From Anolis carolinensis (Eukaryota): a stretch of 64,000 nt of DNA. The stretch is from assembly GCF_035594765.1 (NCBI RefSeq), contig NC_085844.1:10307923-10371922 (forward strand), given 5' to 3'. Positions 48,791 to 60,054 of the stretch are shown piece after piece. Position numbers and translations under genes: made by a program. How positions within the stretch are numbered: position 1 is the first letter of the stretch; the number at the start of each line of letters is the position of its first letter. A model generated the notes under the pieces. It searched no databases. It saw nothing but the letters and a program-made list of their open reading frames with translations, and was not told the DNA's origin.

Positions 48791-49066
48791 CAGAGCCAGC
48801 CCTAGGTATTTTTCAAGTGTAGGCGAACAGAATTTTGGCACCCCCCAAAAAACAATCACTGAAAAATAAAAGCGTTGGATAAGCAAAAATGTTGGATAAT
48901 AAGGAGGGATTAAGGAAAAGCCTATTAAACATTAAGATTTTACAAATTAAGCACCAAAACATCATGTTTTACAACAAATCAACAGAAAAAGCAGTCTCGA
49001 CTGCGCCCCCGTATGTTTGCCGCCCAAAGCGACTGCTTAATTCGCCTGATTGTTAAACCGGCTCTG
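48791..49066. mobile_element. hAT MITE carrying a captured mariner-MITE segment
   Basis: TIRs CAGAGCCAG / CCGGCTCTG; TSD GACCCATG; 48875-48995 matches the interior of 44398-44695. Confidence 0.8.
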
Positions 49067-49789
49067 GACCCATGGATAAATCAACTCAGGTTTCTTGGTC
49101 AATTCTTTTAGCTACAATTTCTAGACTTCGACATGAGTATATAAGTTGCTATGATGATTATTACTTTGTTGTATCCTGAAAGCTCTGAAGTGATCCCACT
49201 ATACTGAAGGTTTATACAGCTAAAGCATGATGACTCTGGTCTGAACCTCTATCCGCACCACCAAGTTTTTGAAGAGCATAAAATTTATTAGAAGCAAAAC
49301 AGATGCCCATCTCACCTCACATACTTTTTTCTTCACATGCTCCGACATACCCACTTTTAAAAACATAGAAAGTTTAGCTTTTTTTCTGTTTTATCCTTAT
49401 GCCCTCCCATTCCATATTCCTGTAATTTTGCTTAAATACATGGTGAGATCTTTGGAAAGAATGAAACAATTGTTTTTAATTAAGTATCATCAAAATTTAT
49501 TGAGAACTCACACACATAAATGATATGCCAAAAGGATCAAATTAAGCGTACTAAATTGAACCCTAACAATTCATAAAGTAAGTCATCCTCTGATTTTTTT
49601 AGCAAGTTACAGACCAATGCACAGTAAAAAATTGAGAGAGTTGATAAAATGGAACCCAGTCATTTTTTGCAGGCTGAATATTAGATATTTCAAGGCTCCC
49701 TGGAACCTAAATAAAAATTGATTCTGAATGATGAGGTTATCATCTGTTTATTTATCACTGTATTTTTAGGAATGTTGTTGTATTTAATT

Positions 49790-49923
49790 AGTTAATTAAT
49801 TTTAATTGATTTGCACTGTATTTTATATTTTTATATATGTGTGTTTTATTGTAAGCCACCCTGAGTCCCCTGTTGGGTGAGAAGGGCGGGATACAAATGT
49901 TGTAATGAATAAATAAAATAATA
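49790..49923 (+). mobile_element. L2 3' end
   Basis: gtaagccaccctgagtcccc...gagaagggcgggatacaaat followed by (AATA)n. Confidence 0.65.
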
Positions 49924-50863
49924 AAGGCAAAACCACCTCTGAGTATACTTTGATTAAGAAAACCCAATTAAATTAATGGATGGGTGTGTGTGTCTTGAAG
50001 ACACATATACACTTCAGGTATGTTAGGATTAGGTACTGTAAGGATAGCAGATGATTGCATAACAGATTCAACTATCTGTTATGCAACTAATAAATGTTTA
50101 ATTTTACTGATGCAATGGATCTACTTTCATTGGGATTAACAGTAGGACTGGTGCTTTTGACTGCCTTCCCTTGCCACAACTTGCTAAAACATGGACCCTT
50201 TGAAGAAAGAAAATACAAATAAATTTTTGTGTACTCATCTCACAGCCCAATATGGGACTAGGATCATACAAAACATTTGATTACAAGTTATAATATTAAA
50301 TAACACAAAAATTAAAGATTTAATACCCATGTTTCCAATTGACCTTTGGAGTGACAAAATTCCTTATTTCCTAATTGAATTCAAAATATCATACAATGCA
50401 TTTGCTTTTCATAGGTGCCTTCTAATCTCTCAATAAAGTGTGTTATCTATGTTGTGATATGCCAAATGTTAGTTATTAAGCGTTCTTGAGTTGCAGAAGT
50501 TCAGGTTTCAACATATGACTGTTACAAGATAAACTGCTAGCCTAAATCCAATATACAGTCCATAACAAAGAGGAACTACTAGATCAATCATTGACCAATG
50601 AATTAAGAGATCTGTAAAAACATACTAATTGGAAAGTTCTACTTTAATTCTAACCAGAAGAGAGATTTAGTTCAGGGAGTTCAAAGTTGGTTGTGATAAT
50701 ATCACATATCTTCAAGAACAATGAATTTTTCTCTATTTATTTAACTGTGTAATTTGTAGTACCTTTACAGGCTTGAACATTGAAACAGGCCTTTAAAAAA
50801 TTCTGTTGAACAAAAAGTGTAAATTGCAACTGGTGGAATGTTGAAACTAGAGTTAGGAATCTT

Positions 50864-51814
50864 TTATGGTACCATCTCCATTGTATTAGAACCTGAAGTT
50901 CCAGTTTCTCTACTGTCTTCATCCTCCTTGAAGACTTTCTCTAATATTTGCTGTAATTTCTGCCAACATTGACCCCTTCTTTCTCTCCCTACTAGGAAAT
51001 AGATGAATGGGTTAATGGTACTGTTGAAAGATGCACATATGTAGCCATATTCATAAATGGAAACATTTTCAGATCTAGTATACCGAGCAGCATATTGAAT
51101 GACATTCATTGGAAAAGCAAAGAGGAGGAAGAAAATAAGAGCAAGCCAAATGGCAGTTAAAAGCTTTCCCCGCTTGTGCTGTGGAGATATCAAGCATACT
51201 TTAACTAACATGGCAGCAGTAGATATCGATATGCCTGGAGTAGTAAGCACAATATTCAGCAAAACTTGATAGAACCATAGTTCACAATAGTCATATTTCA
51301 GATAGAGACTGGTGTGAGCAGGAAACAGTGGCAAGGTGAAAATCCAGATTACACCACATACAGCGAGGGACAAATGTCGTGGCTGGTGGTATCGATACCA
51401 AAATGGAAAACAGACAGACACACACCTATCAATGCTGATGACTGTCAGTAGAAATTGACTCGTGCTGTATGTAACTAGGAAGAAAGTACGAAACACTGTC
51501 TTCATCGGATCATCATATTTGGTGCCAGACACTCGAGCTACAAGCCAATATGTATTAATTCCCAGTAGACCAGTGACCACACCCAGATCAGCAATGGAGA
51601 GATTCCAGATGTAGGTGGTGAAGTGATTCCTCTTAATGCGAAAGCCAAGGAGCCAGACCACAATTCCATTTCCCAAAAATCCCAGAAGGGAGAGAAGAAG
51701 AGTAAGAATAGTTGTCAGAATAATTTCTATACTTTTATCATCTTGAGCTGATTGAACATAGGGACAATTAGTATGGTTTGCAGGGCCATGCACATTCCCA
51801 GCAGTTACCATCAT
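50864..51814 (-). CDS. MAS-related GPCR (MRGPR/Mas1-like), intact, 316 aa, more divergent subfamily
   Basis: 7TM with GFLGNG, NLSIADL, SIDRC, LFAFP and NSTINPFIYF. Confidence 0.95.
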   Translation of the reverse strand: MMVTAGNVHGPANHTNCPYVQSAQDDKSIEIILTTILTLLLSLLGFLGNGIVVWLLGFRIKRNHFTTYIWNLSIADLGVVTGLLGINTYWLVARVSGTKYDDPMKTVFRTFFLVTYSTSQFLLTVISIDRCVSVCFPFWYRYHQPRHLSLAVCGVIWIFTLPLFPAHTSLYLKYDYCELWFYQVLLNIVLTTPGISISTAAMLVKVCLISPQHKRGKLLTAIWLALIFFLLFAFPMNVIQYAARYTRSENVSIYEYGYICASFNSTINPFIYFLVGRERRGQCWQKLQQILEKVFKEDEDSRETGTSGSNTMEMVP

Positions 51815-52845
51815 GCTTAATTTGTATTGTGCTTCTTTTTCTGGAAAAAAAGGCTCCTCTTCAAAGTAAGGACAATTAAAAAGGATTTAGTTTCACCCCT
51901 GGAGTCAAATGATTAAGTTTGGTGCAATGTAGCAAATGTAAAATCTTGTGGGTTGAAATAATCAGTCTACTTCCAGTCTATGTCGGCTTCACATATGTTC
52001 AGCTATAAGTCCCTTCCATCTTCTTTCCAGGACAAGCTGCAAATTAAAATTAGAAATTTTCATCAACATGTTTCCCACAAAAGAAATATGTATATATATC
52101 TAAAAAGATTCTTATGCTTATCTCCCTTCCCTTCCACCCTGTAGCTCTCGAAGCCACCCAAGACTGACTCTATAAAGTTTTGCACCATTCAGGAGTTAAT
52201 TTCAAGGTGCTTGAGCTCTGTAGTGGAAAAAAGGAAATCACTCCCATCCCATTACAACTGGATTTCAGTGTGGTGGAATCTTTTATCAATAGATTTTACC
52301 AATAGCATTTTCTACTAGACCTGACATCCATTTACCCTACAGAATTATAGAACTATTATTTCACTTCAGCTGCCATGGTTCCAACTATGAAATCCTTTGG
52401 TTAGAAGGTTGAAGAGGCATTTGAGCTCTCTGACCTAGAATTTTAAATGTCCCTACATAACCAACAATTCCTACATTCCATAGGAAGGGAAGCATAAGAA
52501 TAATAATGGTATAATTTGGTAGTGGGTAAGGGACCATGGTTATGAATTGGGTGGTCTTCAGGTGCTGTTGGCTTACAAATCTCAGCCATTCCTTACAATG
52601 TAATACACTCAAAAGATCTAAAGTTCAAGGATTGTACTCCATGATGCATTTGAGAACAAATTATAAGAGTGTACCTGTCAGAACCCTGCTACTAGAGCCT
52701 GGATGTGGCTCTGAGTTTCAGGGTCACTGACATTGATAAGACACCTGCGGCTCAGGACTTGGAGAAGAAACGGCTGCTGGACTTGGCGGGGAATTTGCGC
52801 GGGGTTTTACTGAGCGGGAAGAGACTGTTCAAATGAGGGGGAGGG

Positions 52846-52886
52846 TATATAAAGGAGGGTTGGCCGTAGTATCCCATTCTTGGCTT
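52846..52886 (+). promoter_or_regulatory. LTR TATA box and predicted transcription start / self-primer
   Basis: TATATAAA at 52846-52853; CA initiator at about 52875-52876; TTCTTGGCTT (52877-52886) is complementary to AAGCCAAGAA (52981-52990). Confidence 0.7.
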
Positions 52887-52982
52887 TTCTGATGTTCATG
52901 TTTCCTGCAGTAAAAGTTTCTGGTGATATCACAGAGAGTCTTGTGTGTTCATTCAGGAGCGGCTGTGGTGAGCTGACACTAA

Positions 52983-55900
52983 GCCAAGAAGACCGTCTCC
53001 CAGGGGCAGAGGTCAGTATCTGAGTATGCGGAGGAGTTCCAATGCCTCGCTGAAAAGGTGCCGGAATGGTCTGCAGTAACAAAGATAGAACTCTTCAAAG
53101 AGGGTCTCAGGCGGGAGATCCTCTCCTGGGCGGTGCATCGTGATGAGCCTGACACACTGCGCGGATGGATTCAGCTGGCGGGGCGCATCGAGACATCGCT
53201 GGCCCAGGCGAGGAGGCACCGAGGAGGGCTACAGCAGCGGCCGCAGATGAAAGAGGGGAGCCGGAAGGAGGGATCAACCCCAGCCGGGAGGAGAACGGAG
53301 CCGACAGGGAACGTGAGCACCAGCAGGAGGGGCTGCTTCGTGTGCGGCCGTTTGGGCCACAGGGCTGCCGAGTGCTGGCAGAGAAAAGGGGAAGGCGGAG
53401 GCCCGCCCAAACCAAGAGCCGTGGCAGGGAAACGCGCCGAGGAAGAACCACCGATGAGGCACCACTCGGGGGGGTTGGTAAGTCAGGACAAAGCCATGAT
53501 AGTGGTCCCCATTCAGCTTGAAAGTGGCAGCAAACAAGCAACCTGCAAAGCATTTGTGGATTGTGGATGTTCCAGGAACATCATCTCCCCTGAATTAGCC
53601 GAGGGATTGGGATGCGAAAGAACGAACCTAGAATCCCCAATAGCTTTCTCGCAGTTGGACGGATCCACAGCATCGGGATCATTAGCTAAGTACAGTGCCG
53701 AAGATGTAAAGTGTAAGATAGGGAGTTGGGAAGGAAAGGTGTCATTTGTGATATCACAAATAGCCAGCTATAATGTTATACTAGGCATGCCATGGCTGGG
53801 GCAGGCCAACCCGCAAATCAACTGGGAGGATAAGAGCATGATCTTCAGGATGAAGTTGGAAGAAGGGAGCCAGGAAGTGGAGAGAGAGCCGGGGAAAAGG
53901 GGGGAGGAAGACTCTATCAGGATAGCAGAACTGGCAGATAAATTACCCCCAGAGTATCGGGATTTTGTGGACGTATTTGATGAGAAGGAAGCAGACAGTT
54001 TCCCACCGAAGCGGAGAGTTGAAGTGAAGATAGAGCTAGTCCCAGGAGCAGAGCTTCCCAAGGCAAAAATATACCCAATGTCGGCTAGGGAAAAGGAGGA
54101 ACTGAGAAAATACATTGATAAAAACCTAGCGAGGGGTTTCATAGAGCCTTCAAATTCCCCTCTAGGGGCGCCTGTGTTGTTCAGGCGGAAAAAGGACCAA
54201 ACGCTGAGGCTCTGCATTGACTACAGGGGCCTGAATGCAATCAGTTCTGTAAATAAATACCCCCTACCCTTAGTGAAGGACTTGATCGCCCAGTTATCGG
54301 AGGGACAGATATTCACTAAATTGGACTTAATTGAAGCGTACCATAAATTGCAGATCAAACCAGAGGACAGGTGGAAGACGGCCTTCTCCTGTGCATTCGG
54401 ATTATTCAATTATCGTGTGCTCCCCTTCGGTTTGTGCGGCGGAGGTGCCGCGTTCATGCAATTAATCAACGAAGTGTTGCATCCATTGTTGTACAAGGGG
54501 GTCTTTGTTTTTTTAGATGACATATTGATAATATCTCGGACTAAGGAGCAACACATAGAACTTGTCAGGGAAGTCCTGCAAAAGTTGAGAGAAGCAAAAC
54601 TGTATGCGAAGCTTGCCAAGTGCGAGTTCAATAAAGACCAGATAGACTTTCTGGGGTATAGGATTTCCTCCCAGGGAGTGGCGATGGACCCTGCGAAGGT
54701 AGAAGACGTGAGGGGGTGGGAAGCCCCCAAAACACGGAAGCAGCTGCAATCCTTCCTAGGGTTCGCAAACTTCTATAGAACATTTATCAAGGACTTTGCG
54801 CGCCTCACTTTGCCATTAACGGATTTGTTAAAGACTAAAGGCAGGGGAGAAACAAGCAAAGTGAAGGCCCCAGGGGCCAAACTGACATGGACAATAGAAT
54901 GCCAGGAAGCTTTCGAAGCCCTTAAAAAGCGTTTTACTGAGGAGCCTGTCCTACAGCACCCTGATATGTCTAAAGCCTTTGTATTACATTGCGATGCATC
55001 AGACCGGGCATATGGGGCAGTTCTGCTACAGAAAGACGAGGGGGGGAACCTGAAGCCATGTGGCTATCTGTCAAAAAAGTTTAGCGATACAGAAAAAAAC
55101 TGGCCAATTTGGGAGAGAGAAGCCTTAGCTATTCTAAAAGCACTAGAGTGCTGGAGACACTTTCTGGAAGGAAGTGGAACACCGTTTGAGGTGTGGACTG
55201 ATCATAGAAATTTACAGTATCTAAGATCCCCTCGTAAACTATCAGCGAAGCAAATTAGATGGGCCCAATATTTCAGCCGTTTTGATTTCAGACTCAGATT
55301 CTTCCAGGGGAAACATAACATACTCGCTGACGCTCTCTCTCGGATGCCTCAGCACGGGGGAGGAATTCAGGAATCTGAAGGGAGCCTATTCCTAGATAAG
55401 CAATGGGGCCTGGCAGTACTAACTCGAGCACAAGCGGCCAAAGAAAACAAACGTACTGCCATTTCCACGGGGGGAGGAGAAATATGGGAGGAAGAGTTGA
55501 AGCGAGCGTATGGAATGGACAAATGGTTACAAACTAACAAAGAAAAGGGAGAATTGTGTGGGGATTTGGTGTTTGTAAATAAGAAATTGTATATCCCTGA
55601 ATGTTTAAGACGAGAAATGTTAAGGAAGTACCATGATAACAAAGGTGCGGGTCATCTAGGCCCCACCAGGACTATTAAACTGTTGGCCAGACAATGCTGG
55701 TGGCCCGGAATGAGGAAAGACGCCAGGGGGTACGTCACGCAGTGTGAATTATGTGCAGAGGGAAAAACACCACCGGGGAAGCCCCAGGGGCTATTGCAGA
55801 AGGTGGTGGAGCCCATGAGGCCATGGGAATGCGTAGCCATGGATTTTGTAGGCGAACTACCCCCCAGCAGAGGCCACAGATACATTTGGACAATATTGGA

Positions 55901-56681
55901 CCTATTCTCAAAACAGGCACACTTTGTGGCCCTGCCAAAACTCCCTTCAGCTGAAAAACTTGCTGATTTGTATGTGAAGCATGTATATCGCCTACATGGG
56001 TGTCCCGACAAAATAATTAGCGACCGGGGAGTCCAATTTACTGCAAAATTTTGGGGAAAATTCTTACAGCTGTTAGGAGCAGAAAGGAACCTGAGCTCGG
56101 CCTTTCATCCCGCGACCAACGGGGGGGTCGAACGTACCCAACAGACACTGTGCCAATTTTTAAGGATGTACACCAATTATAGACAGGATGATTGGGCGGA
56201 CCTTCTACCGTTTGCTGAGATGGCTTTTAACGGGGCCGTACATTCGGCCACAGGTCGTGCCCCATTCGAAATAGTATACGGACAGGAGGTGGCACCTTTC
56301 CCCAGGCTACCCGAGTGGAAGGAAGGGGAGGGCCAGACCGACGAGGAATGGCCGGCCAAAATCAAACAAGGGTGGCAAACCGTGGTAGAGGCATTGCGGG
56401 AAACACAAAAGAAGTACAAGCTCTTTGCGGATCGTAGGCGCCGAGAGGGGGACAAATTGGGCGAAGGAGATCTGGTTTGGCTGAGCACAAAAAACCTAAA
56501 ATTGGGATTCCCATCCAAGAAGTTGGCTCCACGCTATATAGGACCATTCAGGGTAGCAAAAAGAATAAACGAAGTGACCTATGAGCTGAGGCTACCCAAG
56601 GACCTAGGAAAGATACACCCGGTATTCCATTGCAGCCTGTTAAAAAAGTATAAAGGAACTCTGGACGGCGGAGAACAATAG
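52983..56681 (+). CDS. Gag-Pol polyprotein (capsid C-terminal part, CCHC, protease, RT, RNase H, integrase with GPY/F; no chromodomain)
   Basis: Open from 52983 with no initiator ATG; QGQRSVSEYAEEF (major homology region), CFVCGRLGHRAAEC, FVDCG, LPFGL, FLDD, CDASD, H..H..C..C, MDF/SDRG/VER, IGPF. Confidence 0.93.
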   Translation, partial: AKKTVSQGQRSVSEYAEEFQCLAEKVPEWSAVTKIELFKEGLRREILSWAVHRDEPDTLRGWIQLAGRIETSLAQARRHRGGLQQRPQMKEGSRKEGSTPAGRRTEPTGNVSTSRRGCFVCGRLGHRAAECWQRKGEGGGPPKPRAVAGKRAEEEPPMRHHSGGLVSQDKAMIVVPIQLESGSKQATCKAFVDCGCSRNIISPELAEGLGCERTNLESPIAFSQLDGSTASGSLAKYSAEDVKCKIGSWEGKVSFVISQIASYNVILGMPWLGQANPQINWEDKSMIFRMKLEEGSQEVEREPGKRGEEDSIRIAELADKLPPEYRDFVDVFDEKEADSFPPKRRVEVKIELVPGAELPKAKIYPMSAREKEELRKYIDKNLARGFIEPSNSPLGAPVLFRRKKDQTLRLCIDYRGLNAISSVNKYPLPLVKDLIAQLSEGQIFTKLDLIEAYHKLQIKPEDRWKTAFSCAFGLFNYRVLPFGLCGGGAAFMQLINEVLHPLLYKGVFVFLDDILIISRTKEQHIELVREVLQKLREAKLYAKLAKCEFNKDQIDFLGYRISSQGVAMDPAKVEDVRGWEAPKTRKQLQSFLGFANFYRTFIKDFARLTLPLTDLLKTKGRGETSKVKAPGAKLTWTIECQEAFEALKKRFTEEPVLQHPDMSKAFVLHCDASDRAYGAVLLQKDEGGNLKPCGYLSKKFSDTEKNWPIWEREALAILKALECWRHFLEGSGTPFEVWTDHRNLQYLRSPRKLSAKQIRWAQYFSRFDFRLRFFQGKHNILADALSRMPQHGGGIQESEGSLFLDKQWGLAVLTRAQAAKENKRTAISTGGGEIWEEELKRAYGMDKWLQTNKEKGELCGDLVFVNKKLYIPECLRREMLRKYHDNKGAGHLGPTRTIKLLARQCWWPGMRKDARGYVTQCELCAEGKTPPGKPQGLLQKVVEPMRPWECVAMDFVGELPPSRGHRYIWTILDLFSKQAHFVALPKLPSAEKLADLYVKHVYRLHGCPDKIISDRGVQFTAKFWGKFLQLLGAERNLSSAFHPATNGGVERTQQTLCQFLRMYTNYRQDDWADLLPFAEMAFNGAVHSATGRAPFEIVYGQEVAPFPRLPEWKEGEGQTDEEWPAKIKQGWQTVVEALRETQKKYKLFADRRRREGDKLGEGDLVWLSTKNLKLGFPSKKLAPRYIGPFRVAKRINEVTYELRLPKDLGKIHPVFHCSLLKKYKGTLDGGEQ

Positions 56682-57392
56682 TTGTGTTTAATCTTTTCCT
56701 TCCAGGATGAAGGGGAGGAGGACGCCATGTCAGAACCCTGCTACTAGAGCCTGGATGTGGCTCTGAGTTTCAGGGTCACTGACATTGATAAGACACCTGC
56801 GGCTCAGGACTTGGAGAAGAAACGGCTGCTGGACTTGGCGGGGAATTTGCGCGGGGTTTTACTGAGCGGGAAGAGACTGTTCAAATGAGGGGGAGGGTAT
56901 ATAAAGGAGGGTTGGCCGTAGTATCCCATTCTTGGCTTTTCTGATGTTCATGTTTCCTGCAGTAAAAGTTTCTGGTGATATCACAGAGAGTCTTGTGTGT
57001 TCATTCAGGAGCGGCTGTGGTGAGCTGACAGTACCAATCTGCAAGACACAATCTACTCCCTCTGAAAGCTCATTATCATGGTTTAATCAATTTACCAGCT
57101 TCATTTGACAGGAAGGATGTGTTCTTTTATGCACTGCAAGGATAAGAAGAAGAAATGAGCAACTGAGCAGAATTGGCACAACCATTAGATGGATACTTCA
57201 AATTAGGCATCAGATCTGGGGTGTCAAAAAAGCACATTCTTAGTTGTTTCCTTGCTAATATTTCATTTTAAGTGCTGCCAAGCATAAGACAAAACTTGTT
57301 CTGGGACTTTTTTCAGCCTCAAGAGTACAACAATTATTCTAAAGGCACCAGATCCCATCTGATGTTGCAAGCAAGGTCATCCAAGGTTAGTA

Positions 57393-57715
57393 GAGTAGAG
57401 TCTCACTTATCCAAGCCTCGCTTATCCAAGTTTCTGGATTGTCCAAGCCATTTTTGTAGTCAATGTTTTCAATATATTGTGATATTTTGTTGCTAAATTC
57501 ATAAATACAGTAATTACAACATAACATTACTGCATATTGAACTGCTTTTTCTGTCAAATTTGTTGTATAACATGATGTTTTCGTGCTTAATTTGTAAAAT
57601 CATAACCTAATTTGATGTTTAATAGGCTTTTCCTTAATCCCTCCTTATTATCCAAGATATTCGCTTATCCAAGCTTCTGCCAGCCCGTTTAGCTTGGATA
57701 AGTGAGACTCTACTG
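57393..57715. mobile_element. Mariner-type MITE
   Basis: TIR (C/G)AGTAGAGTCTCACTTATCCAAG with TA on both sides. Confidence 0.85.
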
Positions 57716-58306
57716 TACTTTGACAGACCACCAATGAACAACAGGTTTTTAAGGCTATTTTTCAGAGGAAGGATTTGACAAAACTAACTCAAAGGATTTC
57801 TTGCCTGAAAATTCATGTGGTCTCCAAAAATAGACAAATGACTTGAAGGCACACACACATTGATATTGGAAATTAAGCAGGATCAGCCCTTGTTAGTGCT
57901 TGGATAGGAGACGGGCAATGAATAGTACATACCATGTACTATATTTCAGATGAACAAGTAAAACAACCTCTGAGTATTTCTTGAATTTCTTGAACTGAAT
58001 ACTAAATGCGCTGGTGCCAGACCCCTGAAAAATATTAGAAGGGATTTCATTCACATCATGTCCAGAATGATCAATACAAAGAGAATTTGCCTTCCATGCA
58101 GCTGTAGAAGAACCAAGTGGAAAGCTGGCCATAGTCACCACATATGTAATATTTGATTAGGGTTAAAGAGAGAGAATCACTATCAATACTTCCTCTGATT
58201 CAGATTAAGCAAATTTTCAATGCATTTCTCCCCCCCCCCCCCCACCCCCACACCCCCACAAAAAACTGCATTTGGTCCAATCCCAGAAGAAAGGCAGCAT
58301 ACAAAT

Positions 58307-58372
<66 letters not shown>

Positions 58373-58390
58373 ATCATCATCATCATCTAT
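58307..58390. repeat. (TCTA)n + (TCA)n microsatellite
   Basis: Read directly from the sequence. Confidence 0.95.
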
Positions 58391-60054
58391 CGCTTTTTGA
58401 GTGAAATCCTCTGTTACTCGCTACTTTGTTGTTGTGCACCTTCAAACAATTTCTGTCATATGGCAATCCTAAGGTAAAGGTATCATGGAGTTTTCTGAGT
58501 CCAAGAGTATGTGACCCAGTCAGTTTCTATTGCTGACCAGGAAACTGGATATTGGTCTCCAGTCATAATACAATGCTCAAACTACTACACCACACTGGAT
58601 TGCTTAGGTCTGACTAGCTACAAAGTCTGAAAGTTTCCTATAGATTGTTTGGCAATTTTTGCTATTTAACTTCCTTTCAAACACAATTAGGATAAAGCAT
58701 TTACTCTGTCAATCAAGAATAGGATTACATACCCTACATACATTATAGACAAAGTCAGTCTCGTTGGGTGTTTGTTGGTTATTATTATTTGCCTTAAAGT
58801 TAGCTCTGACTCAGGACAGCCCTGTTATCTGATTTTTTAATCAGATTTATTCACAGGGGTTTTGGCTTTGAGTTCATCTTAGACTGGGAGTATGTAGTGG
58901 TTTACTTTCAAATTTCAAATAGTTTATTGTACAAGCCTAAGGCTATGACAAAAAGGTACAACAAGTACAGGGTGCACAGAATAATACCCTCAAAGCAAAC
59001 AGGAAGCAAAAGTTGACAAACAAAGGCCAACTTCTTACTCACACAAAGAGCAAAAACAAAGTGAATCATCAGCAATTAAAGATACAGTATGGGAGGAGAT
59101 AAAATTAGCCCTTTGAGTCTCCATGGCAGTTGATGGCAATTTTATCTAGGATGCTTCCAATCTGGTTGTGAGTGGGGCCTCTGCCAGAAGTCCAGTGACG
59201 TTGTGTGATAGGCTGGACTGATGGAGAAGTCCGAGGATGCTAAAAAGCCCTGTGTGAGGAAGTGGAAGGAATCCAAGCAGGAGATTAAATTTCCCTTCTA
59301 AATATTATTTAATAACATTTAATGAGTTATATACTGTATATTGGGAAGAAACTTCATCACCAAGGTCCTGTTACAGTTTGAGGGAAGGAATGCAAAATTT
59401 TACCATTCTTCATCTCTTTGATCATTTAGAGAAAGATGGATTAAAGGGGGAGTCTCTTCTATACAAGAGGGGAATCATGTGAAGAATCTTCATACTTTTT
59501 ATGACATGAAAAAGCAAATCAAACAGCATAAAACACAAGTCAACACTTGCTTTTTCCTTAAAAACATGTGCAAAGACATTAAAATGTCTAAAATAGGAAA
59601 TATGTGGGGTCATCCAAATTTCTGATGACTACTTTGAACTGCCATGTGGATTGGGTGAGTCCTTTACATAGTTCAATCTTGAGCCATTTTGGTCATTATT
59701 CTAGGGTTGTTGTTTTTTTTGTATGAATGTATATCCGATGTCATTTCTTAGTTAGTTCAAGATAAGTGCTGAAATGTTTGTCCATTTTAATTTCCATTAA
59801 CCTTTCCTTATCTCAAAGGGGCAAATAATTACTTTTTTCATCCATCTTGCATTGAAGAAGGTTTGTTTTCTGCCTTTGTTTCTTGAACGAGATTGAGGGA
59901 ACTCTGTTCTGCATTGATCAGACCTCACCTGGAATACTTTGTCTAGTTCTGGGCACCGCAATTTAAGGACAATGTTTATAATCTGGACAATCGGTACAAT
60001 TATGATACATTTGTAATACAATAAACATATTGTTCCTTTTAATATCTACTATAG

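Larger units (their letters stand above)
52676..57030 (+). mobile_element. Gypsy (Ty3; Tf1/sushi group) LTR retrotransposon, recent, with 5' gag deleted
   Basis: 303-bp LTRs at 52676-52978 and 56728-57030, identical by eye; TSD GTACC; polypurine tract GAAGGGGAGGAGGA at 56709-56722; domain order PR-RT-RH-IN. Confidence 0.97.

Noticed and set aside
52677-52730. Frame from LTR base 2 of the full-length element (VRTLLLEPGCGSEFQGH*) as an FxGF motif
   Set aside because: Only 17 codons, FQGH rather than FxGF, and not the frame used by the predicted splice.
53107-56547. Multiple minus-strand and alternative-frame ORFs inside the Gypsy element
   Set aside because: Shadows of the gag-pol frame.
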